Below, one piece after another: positions 38,959-49,090 of a stretch of DNA of 64,000 bases. Origin of the DNA: Parvularculales bacterium (GTDB taxonomy: Bacteria > Pseudomonadota > Alphaproteobacteria > JAPOUT01 > JBAJNM01). The stretch is from positions 86,847 to 150,846 of the forward strand of contig JBAJNM010000001.1 in assembly GCA_036881865.1 (NCBI GenBank), read 5' to 3'. Made by a program: the position numbers and the translations under genes. Each line of letters begins with the position of its first letter. The first letter of the stretch is position 1. The notes under the pieces are model-generated. The model did not search any database. It was given only the letters and a program-made list of their open reading frames with translations, and was not told where the DNA came from.

Positions 38959-39537
38959 ATGGGAACAAAAGCGAGTGTTTTTCTGGGGTGTCTGTTTTTA
39001 TTGTTTGTTCTTATATACTTCTTTCAAGTGCAAGATGATCGAGATGATAATGTGTTGCTGGATGCAATGTTTTGGCATACGGCTACGGTGGTGGATGTAG
39101 AGGCCTTTCTCAAAGGGGGAATGAATGTCAACGCTCGTGATGAGGATGGAGAAAGGTCTCTGCACGGAGCGGCAGCGTTTAACTAAATACCGGCGGTGGT
39201 GAAATTGCTACTGGACGATGGAGCAGTAGGGGCCCGTGATAAGAATGGATTTACGCCCCTGCATCATGCGGCGGCCAAAAGCGAAACACCGGCGGTGGTG
39301 GAATTACTACTGGACCATGGGGCCAATATAGAGGCCCGCAGTAAGGATGGCTTTACATCCCTGCACGGGGCTGCAACGATTAGCAAAACACCGACGGTGG
39401 CGGAAGTGTTACTGAACCGTGGTGCCGATGGAGCGGTTCAGGATAAACATGGAAAAACACCTTTTTTCTACGCCCAAGTTAATGAGGCTCTCAAAAACAC
39501 TAAAACGTATCAGTGCTTGGAAGAGGCTCAATATTGA
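38959..39537 (+). pseudogene. Secreted ankyrin-repeat protein (paralog C) interrupted by an in-frame TAA at 39184-39186
   Basis: Both ORFs (38959-39186 and 39196-39537) are in the same frame. The sequence reads ..GAAAFN*IPAVVKLLLDDGA.. The stop occupies the K/E position of the paralogs' S(K/E)TPAVVKLLL motif. Confidence 0.7.
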
Positions 39538-39629
39538 TAAGATGCACCGTAAGGATGGGGCATGAGTAAAGAAGGCCAGTGTGGGATTTTATACTATCTT
39601 GATCTCTTGTCTTAATAGTGGCCTCTATT

Positions 39630-40400
39630 TTATCCCTTCACGAAGCGGTGCGGGCGCAACAGATGGACATGATCCGACGCATAAAGACGACTATCGTCAA
39701 ACTCATCCGGTGATAGAACCCGCCCTACCAAAATAAGCGCCGTACGCGTTATCTTCGCCGCCCGCACCTGGGAGCGTATCGTATCTAACTGCCCCCACAA
39801 AATTTGTTGATCCGGCCATCCTACCCGATAGACAACCGCTACCGGACAATCCGCCCCATAATAAGGTGTTAACTCCCGCACAACTTTTTCAAGGGTGCGC
39901 ACTGACAAATGAAGCGCCAGCGTCGCCCCGCTTTGCCCAAACACGGATAACGTCTCTCCGTTCGGCATAGGAGAAGCCTTCCCTTCAACCCTCGTTAAAA
40001 TAACGCTCTGGCTGATACCGGGCAGTGTCAACTCCCGCCCCAACTCCGCCGCCGCCGCCGTGTACGCCGGAACCCCGGGCGTTACATCATAAGGAATATC
40101 CAACACTCTCAACCGGCGCATCTGCTCGCCAATTGCTCCATAAAGGGACGGATCTCCAGAATGAAGCCGCACAACATCATGACCGGCCTCGTGGGCCGTG
40201 ACCATCTCTGCAATAATCTCATCCAACGTCAGGGAAGCCGTATCCACTACCCGCGCACCCTTAGGTGCCAGAGCCACAATGGCAGGCGGTACGAGAGAAC
40301 CTGCATATAACAAAACCGATGCACCGGTTACCATATTCTGTCCCCGCACAGTTATAAGATCTACCGCTCCCGGTCCGGCTCCGATAAAATGCACCGTCAT
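39630..40400 (-). CDS. cobM: Precorrin-4 C11-methyltransferase
   Basis: 256 aa; a tetrapyrrole methylase with a VHFIGAGPG N-terminus. Confidence 0.9.
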   Translation of the reverse strand: MTVHFIGAGPGAVDLITVRGQNMVTGASVLLYAGSLVPPAIVALAPKGARVVDTASLTLDEIIAEMVTAHEAGHDVVRLHSGDPSLYGAIGEQMRRLRVLDIPYDVTPGVPAYTAAAAELGRELTLPGISQSVILTRVEGKASPMPNGETLSVFGQSGATLALHLSVRTLEKVVRELTPYYGADCPVAVVYRVGWPDQQILWGQLDTIRSQVRAAKITRTALILVGRVLSPDEFDDSRLYASDHVHLLRPHRFVKG

Positions 40401-40419
40401 CCAAATCTACCCTGCCTTA

Positions 40420-42270
40420 TCATGATGCCCCATGATACCCTCGTGGTGTGTAAACCCAGGGTTTATCGGAATCACGCCGTTCTACAAGACGGGTTTGGGA
40501 GGCTCCCACCAGTGCGACACTCACCATATTCAACATAGAAGCCTCGAGCATATCCAATCTCACAACATTATATTTTTCTCCTGTGCGGCCCAAATTATTT
40601 CCGATGACAACCGGTGTTTCAGGCGTGCGGTATTTTCTGAAAATATCCAGCGCATTTTCAAGAGGAGACAGCCGGGTTTTTGAAACCGGATTGTAAAGAG
40701 CCACGGCGAAGTCTGCCGAAGCTGCCGCTTCAAGACGGCGTTCAATAACCGGCCACGGTGTCAGCAGGTCAGACAGAGATATGACAACAAAATCATGGCC
40801 CAGTGGCGCTCCTGCCCGGGCCGCCGCCGCCTGAAACGCTGATATCCCAGGCATAATGTGCACGGCGCATTGCCTCCAGATAGACGAGGTGCCTGTTTGT
40901 TCCGCTCTGTCCAACTCTTCAAACACCAACGCCGCCATAGCATAAATGCCCGGGTCACCGGAGCACACAAGAGCGACCTGCCGCCCCGAAGCTGCCAAAT
41001 CAAGGGCATGACGCACTCGTGCGACCTCTTCACCCAGTTCGTAGTGATGAAGGTTCTGGCTCTCTGAAAAAGACCCTGCCATATCAATGTATTTTCTGTA
41101 TCCTACAATATCTTGCGCTTGCTGGAGAACCTCCTGTGCCTCCGGTGTGCGCCACGAAAGTGCTCCCGGCCCCAGACCAACAACAGACAAGACTCCGCGC
41201 TTGCGTCCTGCCAAGGGGGCAGCAGCATAATCTCCGACAAGAGGGTAAAGCCCACTGGCTACTGCACACGTTATTTGGCCCTTAACATTTTTCGGAGCCA
41301 CTAAAACGGCTCCCTCTCCTACGGCGGCAAGAGCTGCGGCCTCTGAGACTCCATGACACCCCACCACGTCATATACGCTCTGCGAAGGGTTCAGCAATTG
41401 GGGTGTCAAGGCTTCGAGAGTTGGTGAATCAAAAAATCTCGTCTCTACATTAAACGCAGCAGCGGTTTCATGGACAGCCGCCTCATCAATCTTAACTTCA
41501 AGAGAGGCTATCACCGCCACAGACTCAGGCGCCAAATTATGCTCCGCTAATGTCTCGTGAGCTAATGCAATCATATCGGCCCCTGTAACTCCCCTCTCAC
41601 ATCCAACGCCTAAGGCTAAACATTGCTCATAATAAACAAGTTTATTCGGTGTACTGATTTCAACCTCATGAGTTACCCGTACCACATGACGGGCGGTTTC
41701 ATGACGTGGCAAGGACGCGCCATCAAGCCATGGTGCCTTACCTTCTACGCGAATCGACTCTCCATTCAGCACATCGGCCATAAAGCAGGTAACCTTATCC
41801 GGTTGGGCCAGCACAAACCCCTTTGGGGGTGCATCAAAAGTAATCCCAAAACGAACATCACCGGCTGTGGTTAGAGTTGGTGCCACACCAAGACAATCAC
41901 TGGCGGTCACCGCTAAGCGATTGCCTCCCCGATGCCCCCCCAATAGAGGAACCACCGCACTGCCATCTTCTGCAATTGCTAAAACCGGGGGCTCTTTATG
42001 CTTATTCTTCAGCACACCCGCTAAGCTGCGAATAAGAATACCCGTTGCACACAAACCAATAATCGGCCGCCCTCCTATAAAAAGTTTACGTATGTGAGAA
42101 GCAACATCGTCAAACAGATAATCTGCCTCGTGAACCCGGCTTCTCAATCCATGAACTTCTACACTGGTCCATGCCGTGCGCAACTTGCTGGCGCATTGCG
42201 CTCCGACGCCATTCAAAACCACAATAACCGGTGGTTTATCGCTCATGGTCACCTCTTCTCCCTGTGCCAT
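40420..42270 (-). CDS. cobJ: Fused CbiG-like / precorrin-3B C17-methyltransferase (CobJ)
   Basis: 616 aa. The N-terminal ~350 aa are CbiG-like and the C-terminal ~250 aa are a tetrapyrrole methylase (LSVVGLGPG). Confidence 0.85.
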   Translation of the reverse strand: MAQGEEVTMSDKPPVIVVLNGVGAQCASKLRTAWTSVEVHGLRSRVHEADYLFDDVASHIRKLFIGGRPIIGLCATGILIRSLAGVLKNKHKEPPVLAIAEDGSAVVPLLGGHRGGNRLAVTASDCLGVAPTLTTAGDVRFGITFDAPPKGFVLAQPDKVTCFMADVLNGESIRVEGKAPWLDGASLPRHETARHVVRVTHEVEISTPNKLVYYEQCLALGVGCERGVTGADMIALAHETLAEHNLAPESVAVIASLEVKIDEAAVHETAAAFNVETRFFDSPTLEALTPQLLNPSQSVYDVVGCHGVSEAAALAAVGEGAVLVAPKNVKGQITCAVASGLYPLVGDYAAAPLAGRKRGVLSVVGLGPGALSWRTPEAQEVLQQAQDIVGYRKYIDMAGSFSESQNLHHYELGEEVARVRHALDLAASGRQVALVCSGDPGIYAMAALVFEELDRAEQTGTSSIWRQCAVHIMPGISAFQAAAARAGAPLGHDFVVISLSDLLTPWPVIERRLEAAASADFAVALYNPVSKTRLSPLENALDIFRKYRTPETPVVIGNNLGRTGEKYNVVRLDMLEASMLNMVSVALVGASQTRLVERRDSDKPWVYTPRGYHGAS

Positions 42271-42983
42271 ACGCCGTGATGGTGGCGCACCAGCGCCATA
42301 GAGAAATATGGCGCTTCTTTTTCCGTAACCTCGGCCAAGGGGGCCAATCGCTCGTCAGCCATACCTACCCGTTCTGCATAAAAAGCGTTGTCCATAAGGC
42401 TCATCCGAGCCAAAAGAGTGCGCACTCTATCCAAATGACGACCCAGTTTGACAATGGCACAGGCCTCAACGCTCTCAATGCGGATGCGCAATGTTTCATC
42501 CTCCAGAGGAGCAGGGATAACGCTCAACACATCATTGCGTGAAACAAGAGCCATACCCAACGCTGCCGTACACGCCTGCACCGATGAAACCCCCGGCACA
42601 ACTGTTACAGGATAGCGCTCTGCCATACGTTCGAACAAATACATAAATGAACCATAAAAAAACGGATCACCCTGACACAAAAATGCCACGTCCCGGCCAT
42701 CATCAAGATGTGTACTGATGCGACGTTGAGCTTCATCATAAATATCTTGCACCGGAAATCTATCTGCAGAAATAGGCATGATCACGCTGATTTCTTCAAG
42801 CAGGTCAATGCCCTCCAGATGAGGACCGGCCAAACGTCGTACGAGGCTCTCGCCACCCTTCGGCGCAGGCCACGCCAAAACGGAAACCGAGCGCAACAAA
42901 TGATACGCCTTCAACGTAATCAACTCCGGATCGCCTGGACCTATGCCCAACCCATAAAGTGTGCCTTTTAAGTTTCGACTCAT
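42249..42983 (-). CDS. cobI: Precorrin-2 C20-methyltransferase
   Basis: 244 aa; GTLYGLGIGPGDPELIT. Confidence 0.9.
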   Translation of the reverse strand: MSRNLKGTLYGLGIGPGDPELITLKAYHLLRSVSVLAWPAPKGGESLVRRLAGPHLEGIDLLEEISVIMPISADRFPVQDIYDEAQRRISTHLDDGRDVAFLCQGDPFFYGSFMYLFERMAERYPVTVVPGVSSVQACTAALGMALVSRNDVLSVIPAPLEDETLRIRIESVEACAIVKLGRHLDRVRTLLARMSLMDNAFYAERVGMADERLAPLAEVTEKEAPYFSMALVRHHHGVWHREKR

Positions 42984-42987
42984 GGGG

Positions 42988-44223
42988 TTAACATTTCACA
43001 TATATTAGCTGGGTCACAGGCATCAAAGACCGCCAACCTTTAAGACTGCCAACAGGAACCATGCGTGCGACACTCAAACGAACGAGTTCTCCACCAAAAG
43101 ATTTATGAAAATCCAAAAGCGATCTTTCTCCTTCCAACGTCACTACATTGGCTACCAACCGTCCGCCATAGGGCAAAAACTCCTGACATTGCTCCAGAAC
43201 ACCGGCCTCCTTGGCTCCGCCTCCAACAAAAATGGCGTCCGGTAAAAAATGGCGGCGTGCCTTAGTCAATGCCTCCGGTGCACGACCTTCCACAATGTTA
43301 AGTTCTGGCGTACCAAGGGCTTGTGCATTGCGCTCTATCAGTTCTCGACGTGCGTCCTGCGGCTCAAGAGCTACTGCATGATTGTGTGGAGAGCACCTCA
43401 TCCATTCAATGGCTATCGACCCACAACCGGCACCAATATCCCATAACCGTGCTCCGGGAAAAGGCGCCAACGCTGCCAGCGTTGCCGCTCGCGTCTCGCG
43501 CTTAGTTAGCTGCCCGTCATGTACAAAGACGTCATCCGGCAACCCGGTAGTCATCGGCAACACCACCGCATCAGGACTACCCCGACACTCAATGGCTAAA
43601 AGGTTAAGGTCTGCACACTCGTTCAAATTAAACTCATTGACCTGAACACAACGAATACGTTCTTGAGCACCACCTAGATGTTCCAACACAGTCATCATGC
43701 TCTTCCCAAACCCTCGTGCACATAAAAGAGCCGCTACGTTGGCGGGAGTTGTCCCATTGGTACTCAGGATCAACAACCGCGCACGGGGATGAATATGAGT
43801 CTGTAACAAAGCCAAAGGCCGCCCATGAACACTAACAGCATTCACTTCTTGTAAGGGCCAGCCTAACCGAGCGGCGGCCAGCGAAAAAGACGACGGAGCC
43901 GGATAAATCCGTAAAGATTCAATACCAAACCGCCTAACAAGCACTACTCCAATTCCAAACAACATAGGATCACCACTTGCCAGCACACAGACCTGTTGTC
44001 CTTCAACATCAACAAGCGCTTCTATAAAAGCGTCTGACCCCCCGGCAGGCCAGACAAGGCGCTTGTGCGCACTCTCTCCGATCAGCGCTAAATGTCGCCG
44101 ACCGCCTGCAATAATATCAGCACTATCCAGTGCACGATGGGCATCTTCTCCCAGACCCCTTATGCCATCATCGCCGATACCAACAAGACGAAGCCATGGC
44201 TCTTCTTTTTTATTTTCTGTCAT
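42988..44223 (-). CDS. cobL: Precorrin-6Y C5,15-methyltransferase (decarboxylating)
   Basis: 411 aa; fused CbiE/CbiT-like domains. Confidence 0.9.
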   Translation of the reverse strand: MTENKKEEPWLRLVGIGDDGIRGLGEDAHRALDSADIIAGGRRHLALIGESAHKRLVWPAGGSDAFIEALVDVEGQQVCVLASGDPMLFGIGVVLVRRFGIESLRIYPAPSSFSLAAARLGWPLQEVNAVSVHGRPLALLQTHIHPRARLLILSTNGTTPANVAALLCARGFGKSMMTVLEHLGGAQERIRCVQVNEFNLNECADLNLLAIECRGSPDAVVLPMTTGLPDDVFVHDGQLTKRETRAATLAALAPFPGARLWDIGAGCGSIAIEWMRCSPHNHAVALEPQDARRELIERNAQALGTPELNIVEGRAPEALTKARRHFLPDAIFVGGGAKEAGVLEQCQEFLPYGGRLVANVVTLEGERSLLDFHKSFGGELVRLSVARMVPVGSLKGWRSLMPVTQLIYVKC

Positions 44224-44876
44224 GGCGCGGCGCGTTCTTCGTGAGTTACCCCAAGAGAAAGCGCAAGTCCATTGACCGCAGCAACCGCTAAACTACTTCC
44301 CCCACGCCGTCCTAAAAGCGTCAACCATGGAGTCTCCAGTGTCCCCTCCTGCGCCAACGCCTGTTTGGATTCCGCCGCTCCTACAAACCCCACAGGAAAT
44401 GCGAGAATAACCGCTGGAGATGGTGCACCCTCACGCAACAGTTCTAATAGCCTAAAAAGAGCCGTTGGTGCATTACCGATAGCCACAATCGCACCTTCTA
44501 GATGGGGCTGCCACAAATCCACCGCCGCTGCCGAACGTGTTGTTCCGTTCTTTTTTGCTAAATCCGGCACGGTGGGGTCATCCAAAAAACAGAGTACATC
44601 TGTATGAGTAGGCAACATGCGCTTGGTGATCCCCGCCTCTACCATGGCGCAATCTGCTAAAATAGGGCGCCCGGCTCGTAAGGCGTCATGTCCCGCCTCT
44701 ACAACCGCACCCTGCCATGCTAGGTCCGGCACAATGTCGGGCATGGCACAAGCATGAACTAATCGCTGTGCAATACTCCTCAAGGAAGGTGTCACGCTGG
44801 ACCATTCGTAAGTCTTTTGAAGCCGCTCAAAAGAAAGCCGCATGATCGCCTCTGGGTCACGCAAATAAGACTCCAT
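44220..44876 (-). CDS. cobH: Precorrin-8X methylmutase
   Basis: 218 aa; CobH/CbiC family. Confidence 0.9.
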   Translation of the reverse strand: MESYLRDPEAIMRLSFERLQKTYEWSSVTPSLRSIAQRLVHACAMPDIVPDLAWQGAVVEAGHDALRAGRPILADCAMVEAGITKRMLPTHTDVLCFLDDPTVPDLAKKNGTTRSAAAVDLWQPHLEGAIVAIGNAPTALFRLLELLREGAPSPAVILAFPVGFVGAAESKQALAQEGTLETPWLTLLGRRGGSSLAVAAVNGLALSLGVTHEERAAP

Positions 44877-44891
44877 AAATGCCGACTCCGC

Positions 44892-45893
44892 TCAATCGTG
44901 CACAGGCTTAAGGCTCACTGGCCCTAAAGGATGGTCTTCATGAGGATAGGGATGGTGATGACCGCCCCCCTCTCCGTGATGGGTATGGGTGTGCCCATCC
45001 CCTACGCCAATACCTTCTACATGATGATGGTGGCTCATTTGCGCTAACCCCACTTGGTCTTCAAACCCAGGTATTTGTTCGCGATATTTACATAATTTGC
45101 AGTTCATCAGATTATCACCCGTCCGGATTTCCTCAATCCGGCGCACAAACGTATCAACCACCAAAGGATGGTCATTAAAATAACCCGCTCGCACGAACTC
45201 AATATCTTGATGAGAGGCGGCAACTTTATCTGTTAGGCCATAGACCCGTTTGACAAGAACACCCGTAAACAAAAACCACGGGAACACGACAATCCTTTTA
45301 AAACCAAGACGCACAGCCCGCAGCAATGCAGGCTCTACAAGGGGAAACGTTACACCGGAATAGGCAACCTCTCCCCAGCCAAACCCCATGCCTTCCCACA
45401 ACATACGCATGACTTTGGCCATGTTAGCGTTAGCATCCGGGTCAGAGGCTCCACGCCCTACCACCACTAATAACGTATCATGACGAGAGATGTGAGCGCC
45501 GGCTCTCTCAATAGCATCAGTAATACGCCTCTCGGCAGCTTTCAGTAATGCCGGTTCAATACCCAACGCTCTCCCATAATGAATGGGCACGGTTTCATGT
45601 TGTGCCTGATAAGTATTGAGCACAGAGGGAATATCGTTTTTGGCATGACCGGCAGCAAACAACATGGCAGGTACTGCCAAAATCTCTCGTACATGCTGCG
45701 CCCGAAGAGCGTCTAATCCCTCGCTAATGATAGGGCGTGCAAACTCTAAGAATCCCCCTTCTATTTTGTGGCCCTCCAGACGCGCCTGCACGGAAGCTAC
45801 CAACCCGTCAAACTCGCGGCACGCTTCAGGGTCACGGCTACCATGGCCGCATATCATAACGCCAATCTTATTCACTGTTGTTATCTGGCTCAT
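44892..45893 (-). CDS. cbiX: CbiX-family sirohydrochlorin chelatase (long form with Cys motif and His-rich C-terminal tail)
   Basis: VMICGHGSRD and a second half-domain are present. The C-terminus has NCKLCKY and HHHHVEGIGVGDGHTHTHHGEGGGHHHPYPHEDH. Confidence 0.75.
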   Translation of the reverse strand: MSQITTVNKIGVMICGHGSRDPEACREFDGLVASVQARLEGHKIEGGFLEFARPIISEGLDALRAQHVREILAVPAMLFAAGHAKNDIPSVLNTYQAQHETVPIHYGRALGIEPALLKAAERRITDAIERAGAHISRHDTLLVVVGRGASDPDANANMAKVMRMLWEGMGFGWGEVAYSGVTFPLVEPALLRAVRLGFKRIVVFPWFLFTGVLVKRVYGLTDKVAASHQDIEFVRAGYFNDHPLVVDTFVRRIEEIRTGDNLMNCKLCKYREQIPGFEDQVGLAQMSHHHHVEGIGVGDGHTHTHHGEGGGHHHPYPHEDHPLGPVSLKPVHD

Positions 45894-45965
45894 TGTTCAA
45901 TTTGGCTTTTCCTGTTGCACCCGCGCTTGACCCATCTGCAAGTCCCCCCCATTGTGTGTCCGATT

Positions 45966-46982
45966 ATGTTTATGCAGGGTTTCATCACCGGTCAATCATA
46001 CAGTCTATGGACGGTTTTGGCATTGGCCTTTATTTTGGATGCCGCCATAGGAGATCCCTCTTGGCTGTGGCAACGGGTGGCTCATCCGGTAGCGTTGGCC
46101 GGACGCCTGATAGAATGGCTGGAGCAGCGTTTAAACCGCTCACAACTACAGGTCTTACCCCATAGACTTCGCCTTTATGGGCTTATCACAACCCTTGTCG
46201 TTGTGGGGTTGGCGGCGAGTGGAGGCTTGCTGGTGGTGGCTGTGGCTTCTGCCTTGCCGCTCTTTACCGGACTGGTCCTTGAAGTGCTTGTTGCCAGCAC
46301 CCTCATTGCCTTTCGGGGATTATTGAGCCATGTCGCGGCTGTTGCCCGTGGTCTTGATGAAGGGCTTGAGGCTGGCCGCATCACCATTGCTCATATTGCC
46401 GGACGTAACCCTGATACGCTAGATGCTCCGGGAGTGGCCAGAACAGCCGTTGAGTCTCTTGCGGAAAATCTTTCTGATAGTGTGATAGCCCCTTTGTTTT
46501 GGGCCGCCCTGTTTGGCTTGCCCGGGCTTGCCGCCTATAAAGCCCTCAACACATTGGACAGTATGATAGGTTACCCTACCTCACGTTATCAGGCGTTTGG
46601 TTTTGTTGCTGCCCGCCTTGATGATGGTGCTAATTGGATACCCGCCCGCTTGACGGCTCTTTGTTTGTGTCTTACAGCCTTCGTGACGCCCAAAGCTCGC
46701 GGAGGGGCGGCCTTCATGATGATGATGCGTGACGCACCTTATCATACATCTCCCAACGCCGGATGGCCGGAAGCCGCCCTTGCCGGAGCCCTAGGCTTTC
46801 GCCTTGCAGGTCCACGTCATTATTTTGATCACACAACAAATTCTCCATGGCTGGGCGATGGGCGCTCTACCATAGGGACGCAAGACATTCGTACCGCTCT
46901 TAGTTTATGCAGAACAGCTGGTTTTATCGCTGTCGGGTTTATTATTCTGGCTTTAGTGCTTGTCAGCAAAGTTTCTGTATAA
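45966..46982 (+). CDS. cobD: Adenosylcobinamide-phosphate synthase CobD/CbiB (start likely the internal Met; the ORF track begins at 45768)
   Basis: Membrane protein with the CobD signature (GYPTSRY, DDGANWIPARL). The upstream 66 aa of the listed ORF overlap the divergent cbiX leader and look non-coding. Confidence 0.85.
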   Translation: MFMQGFITGQSYSLWTVLALAFILDAAIGDPSWLWQRVAHPVALAGRLIEWLEQRLNRSQLQVLPHRLRLYGLITTLVVVGLAASGGLLVVAVASALPLFTGLVLEVLVASTLIAFRGLLSHVAAVARGLDEGLEAGRITIAHIAGRNPDTLDAPGVARTAVESLAENLSDSVIAPLFWAALFGLPGLAAYKALNTLDSMIGYPTSRYQAFGFVAARLDDGANWIPARLTALCLCLTAFVTPKARGGAAFMMMMRDAPYHTSPNAGWPEAALAGALGFRLAGPRHYFDHTTNSPWLGDGRSTIGTQDIRTALSLCRTAGFIAVGFIILALVLVSKVSV

Positions 46983-48452
46983 CCCTGCAATCTCCAAAAT
47001 CCTATCTAGCGCCATGGTGTTTTCCAGATGGTCTGCCAAACTCTCAAGAGTATCTTCAATTTGTGTTTCATATCCCAGTTCTGATGAGGCTCCTGCGTTA
47101 AGCTTCTGGAGAAAATCCTGTCGAAAGCCATCCGCCCCAAATAGCCCGTGAAGATAACTACCCATAATACGACCGTCTTTCGACACGGCTCCATTCGCCG
47201 TAGCTCCCAGACGCAACAACGGATATTCAAGACCTGATCCTGTGGTGCGTCCGGCATGAATCTCATATCCTTCAACCTCCGCACCACCTGCAACCGCAAC
47301 ACCCTTCACTACACCTAAGACTTTATTACCCTCAAGAACTGTCTCAATGTCCAACAGCCCCAAACCGCTCATTTCGCCCGCCAACCCCTCAATACCATCA
47401 GGGTCACGAATGATACGGCCCAACATCTGATATCCCCCACACAACCCCAACACAAAACCACCCCGACGTATATGGGCGTGGAGATCAATATCCCACCCCT
47501 CGTTGCGCAAAAACGCCAAATCAGACATCACCGCCTTGCTTCCCGGTAAGACGATCAAGTCTGCATCTCCAGGCAGGGGCGTTCCCGAATGTACAAACCG
47601 CAACGTAATTTGTGGTTCCGCTTTGAGGGGGTCAAGGTCGTCAAAATTAGCAATATGAGGCAAGACCGGAACTGCAATCACACAACTACCCTGACCAACG
47701 GGATCTTCCCTATGGGTGGTAAGAGCCAGACTGTCTTCCGCCGGAAGGTGCACCGCCGCAGGAAAATGCGGCACTACCCCAAGACTCTCCAGTCCTGTGT
47801 TCTCCCGAATAAAATCCAACCCCTCATCAAATAAAGATACATCACCCCTAAAGCGGTTAATAACAAAACCCTTAATGGCCGTCCTATCTGACTCTGGCAA
47901 CACGGACATAACACCAACTATGGCGGCAATCACGCCGCCTCTATCAATATCACCCACCAAAAGAGCCGGTGCGTTTACAGCAGAGGCAAACCCCATATTT
48001 GCAATATCATGATGGCGCAGATTAATCTCCGCCGCACTGCCGGCTCCCTCTATCAACACTAAATCTACGTGCGAACGAAGTTCTTCAAAACTCTCCAGCA
48101 CTGTGTTCATCAACTGTGGTTTAAGGATTTGATATTCCTGCGCATCAGTTGTTGTGGTTACTGTTCCCCGTACTACCACTTGTGCGCCGTGGTTGTGTTG
48201 GGGCTTCAGTAATACCGGATTCATGTGAACGCTAGGGGGGATCTTACATGCTCGCGCTTGTAATGCTTGAGCGCGGCCAATTTCGCCGCCATCACGTGCT
48301 ACTGCTGCGTTGTTGGACATATTCTGTGGCTTAAACGGGCTCACCCGCAACCCCTGACGGGTATACACCCGACACAAGCCTGCCATCAGTAGAGATTTGC
48401 CCACGTCAGAACCCGTCCCCACTAACATCATAGTAGCAGGCGGTTTTATCAA
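46953..48452 (-). CDS. cobQ: Cobyric acid synthase
   Basis: 499 aa with an N-terminal P-loop (GTGSDVGKS) and a C-terminal GATase domain. Confidence 0.9.
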   Translation of the reverse strand: MIKPPATMMLVGTGSDVGKSLLMAGLCRVYTRQGLRVSPFKPQNMSNNAAVARDGGEIGRAQALQARACKIPPSVHMNPVLLKPQHNHGAQVVVRGTVTTTTDAQEYQILKPQLMNTVLESFEELRSHVDLVLIEGAGSAAEINLRHHDIANMGFASAVNAPALLVGDIDRGGVIAAIVGVMSVLPESDRTAIKGFVINRFRGDVSLFDEGLDFIRENTGLESLGVVPHFPAAVHLPAEDSLALTTHREDPVGQGSCVIAVPVLPHIANFDDLDPLKAEPQITLRFVHSGTPLPGDADLIVLPGSKAVMSDLAFLRNEGWDIDLHAHIRRGGFVLGLCGGYQMLGRIIRDPDGIEGLAGEMSGLGLLDIETVLEGNKVLGVVKGVAVAGGAEVEGYEIHAGRTTGSGLEYPLLRLGATANGAVSKDGRIMGSYLHGLFGADGFRQDFLQKLNAGASSELGYETQIEDTLESLADHLENTMALDRILEIAGLYRNFADKH

Positions 48453-49090
48453 AACTCTATGCCTTTTTGGGCGCGGACGTTCTGTTCTCGAAACGGATGC
48501 TTAACAAGTGTCATCTCGGTTACTAAGTCCGCTGCCTCAATCAAAGTCGTTTTTGCGTTCCGGCCAGTCACCACTATATGTAAATCAGGGTGGCGGTTTT
48601 TTAATGTTTCCACCACGTCATCCAAAGGTAGCGTACCATAACGTAACACAATGTTAAGTTCATCTAGCACCAACATGTCATAACGCGGAGGCGAATGCCG
48701 GGCAGCGTCTATCATCTCGCATACAGTTGCCCATGCTGTTTGTGCTGCTTTAATATCCCGCGCTCTGTCTTGAGTGTCCCACGTAAATCCCTCCCCCATA
48801 GCGTAAATATCAACTTGGTCAGGAAAGCCCTCCAGCACCCTACGCTCGCCGGTTTGCCATTTGCCCTTGACGAATTGCACAACCCCAACCCTCATGCCAT
48901 TCCCTATAGCCCGCAACACAAGACCAAAGGCGGCAGTAGATTTACCTTTTCCCTTGCCGGTATGAACAATCAGCAATCCTTTTTCGTTGGTTTTATAGGC
49001 CAGCATTTTTTCGCGGGCAGTTTTTCGTTTTCGGGATTTTTCATTGGCGCGTGCATAGTCCTGCACATCACTTTTATCTGAGGATGTCAT
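48449..49090 (-). CDS. cobO: Cob(I)yrinic acid a,c-diamide adenosyltransferase
   Basis: 213 aa; HTGKGKGKSTAAFG P-loop. Confidence 0.9.
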   Translation of the reverse strand: MTSSDKSDVQDYARANEKSRKRKTAREKMLAYKTNEKGLLIVHTGKGKGKSTAAFGLVLRAIGNGMRVGVVQFVKGKWQTGERRVLEGFPDQVDIYAMGEGFTWDTQDRARDIKAAQTAWATVCEMIDAARHSPPRYDMLVLDELNIVLRYGTLPLDDVVETLKNRHPDLHIVVTGRNAKTTLIEAADLVTEMTLVKHPFREQNVRAQKGIEF

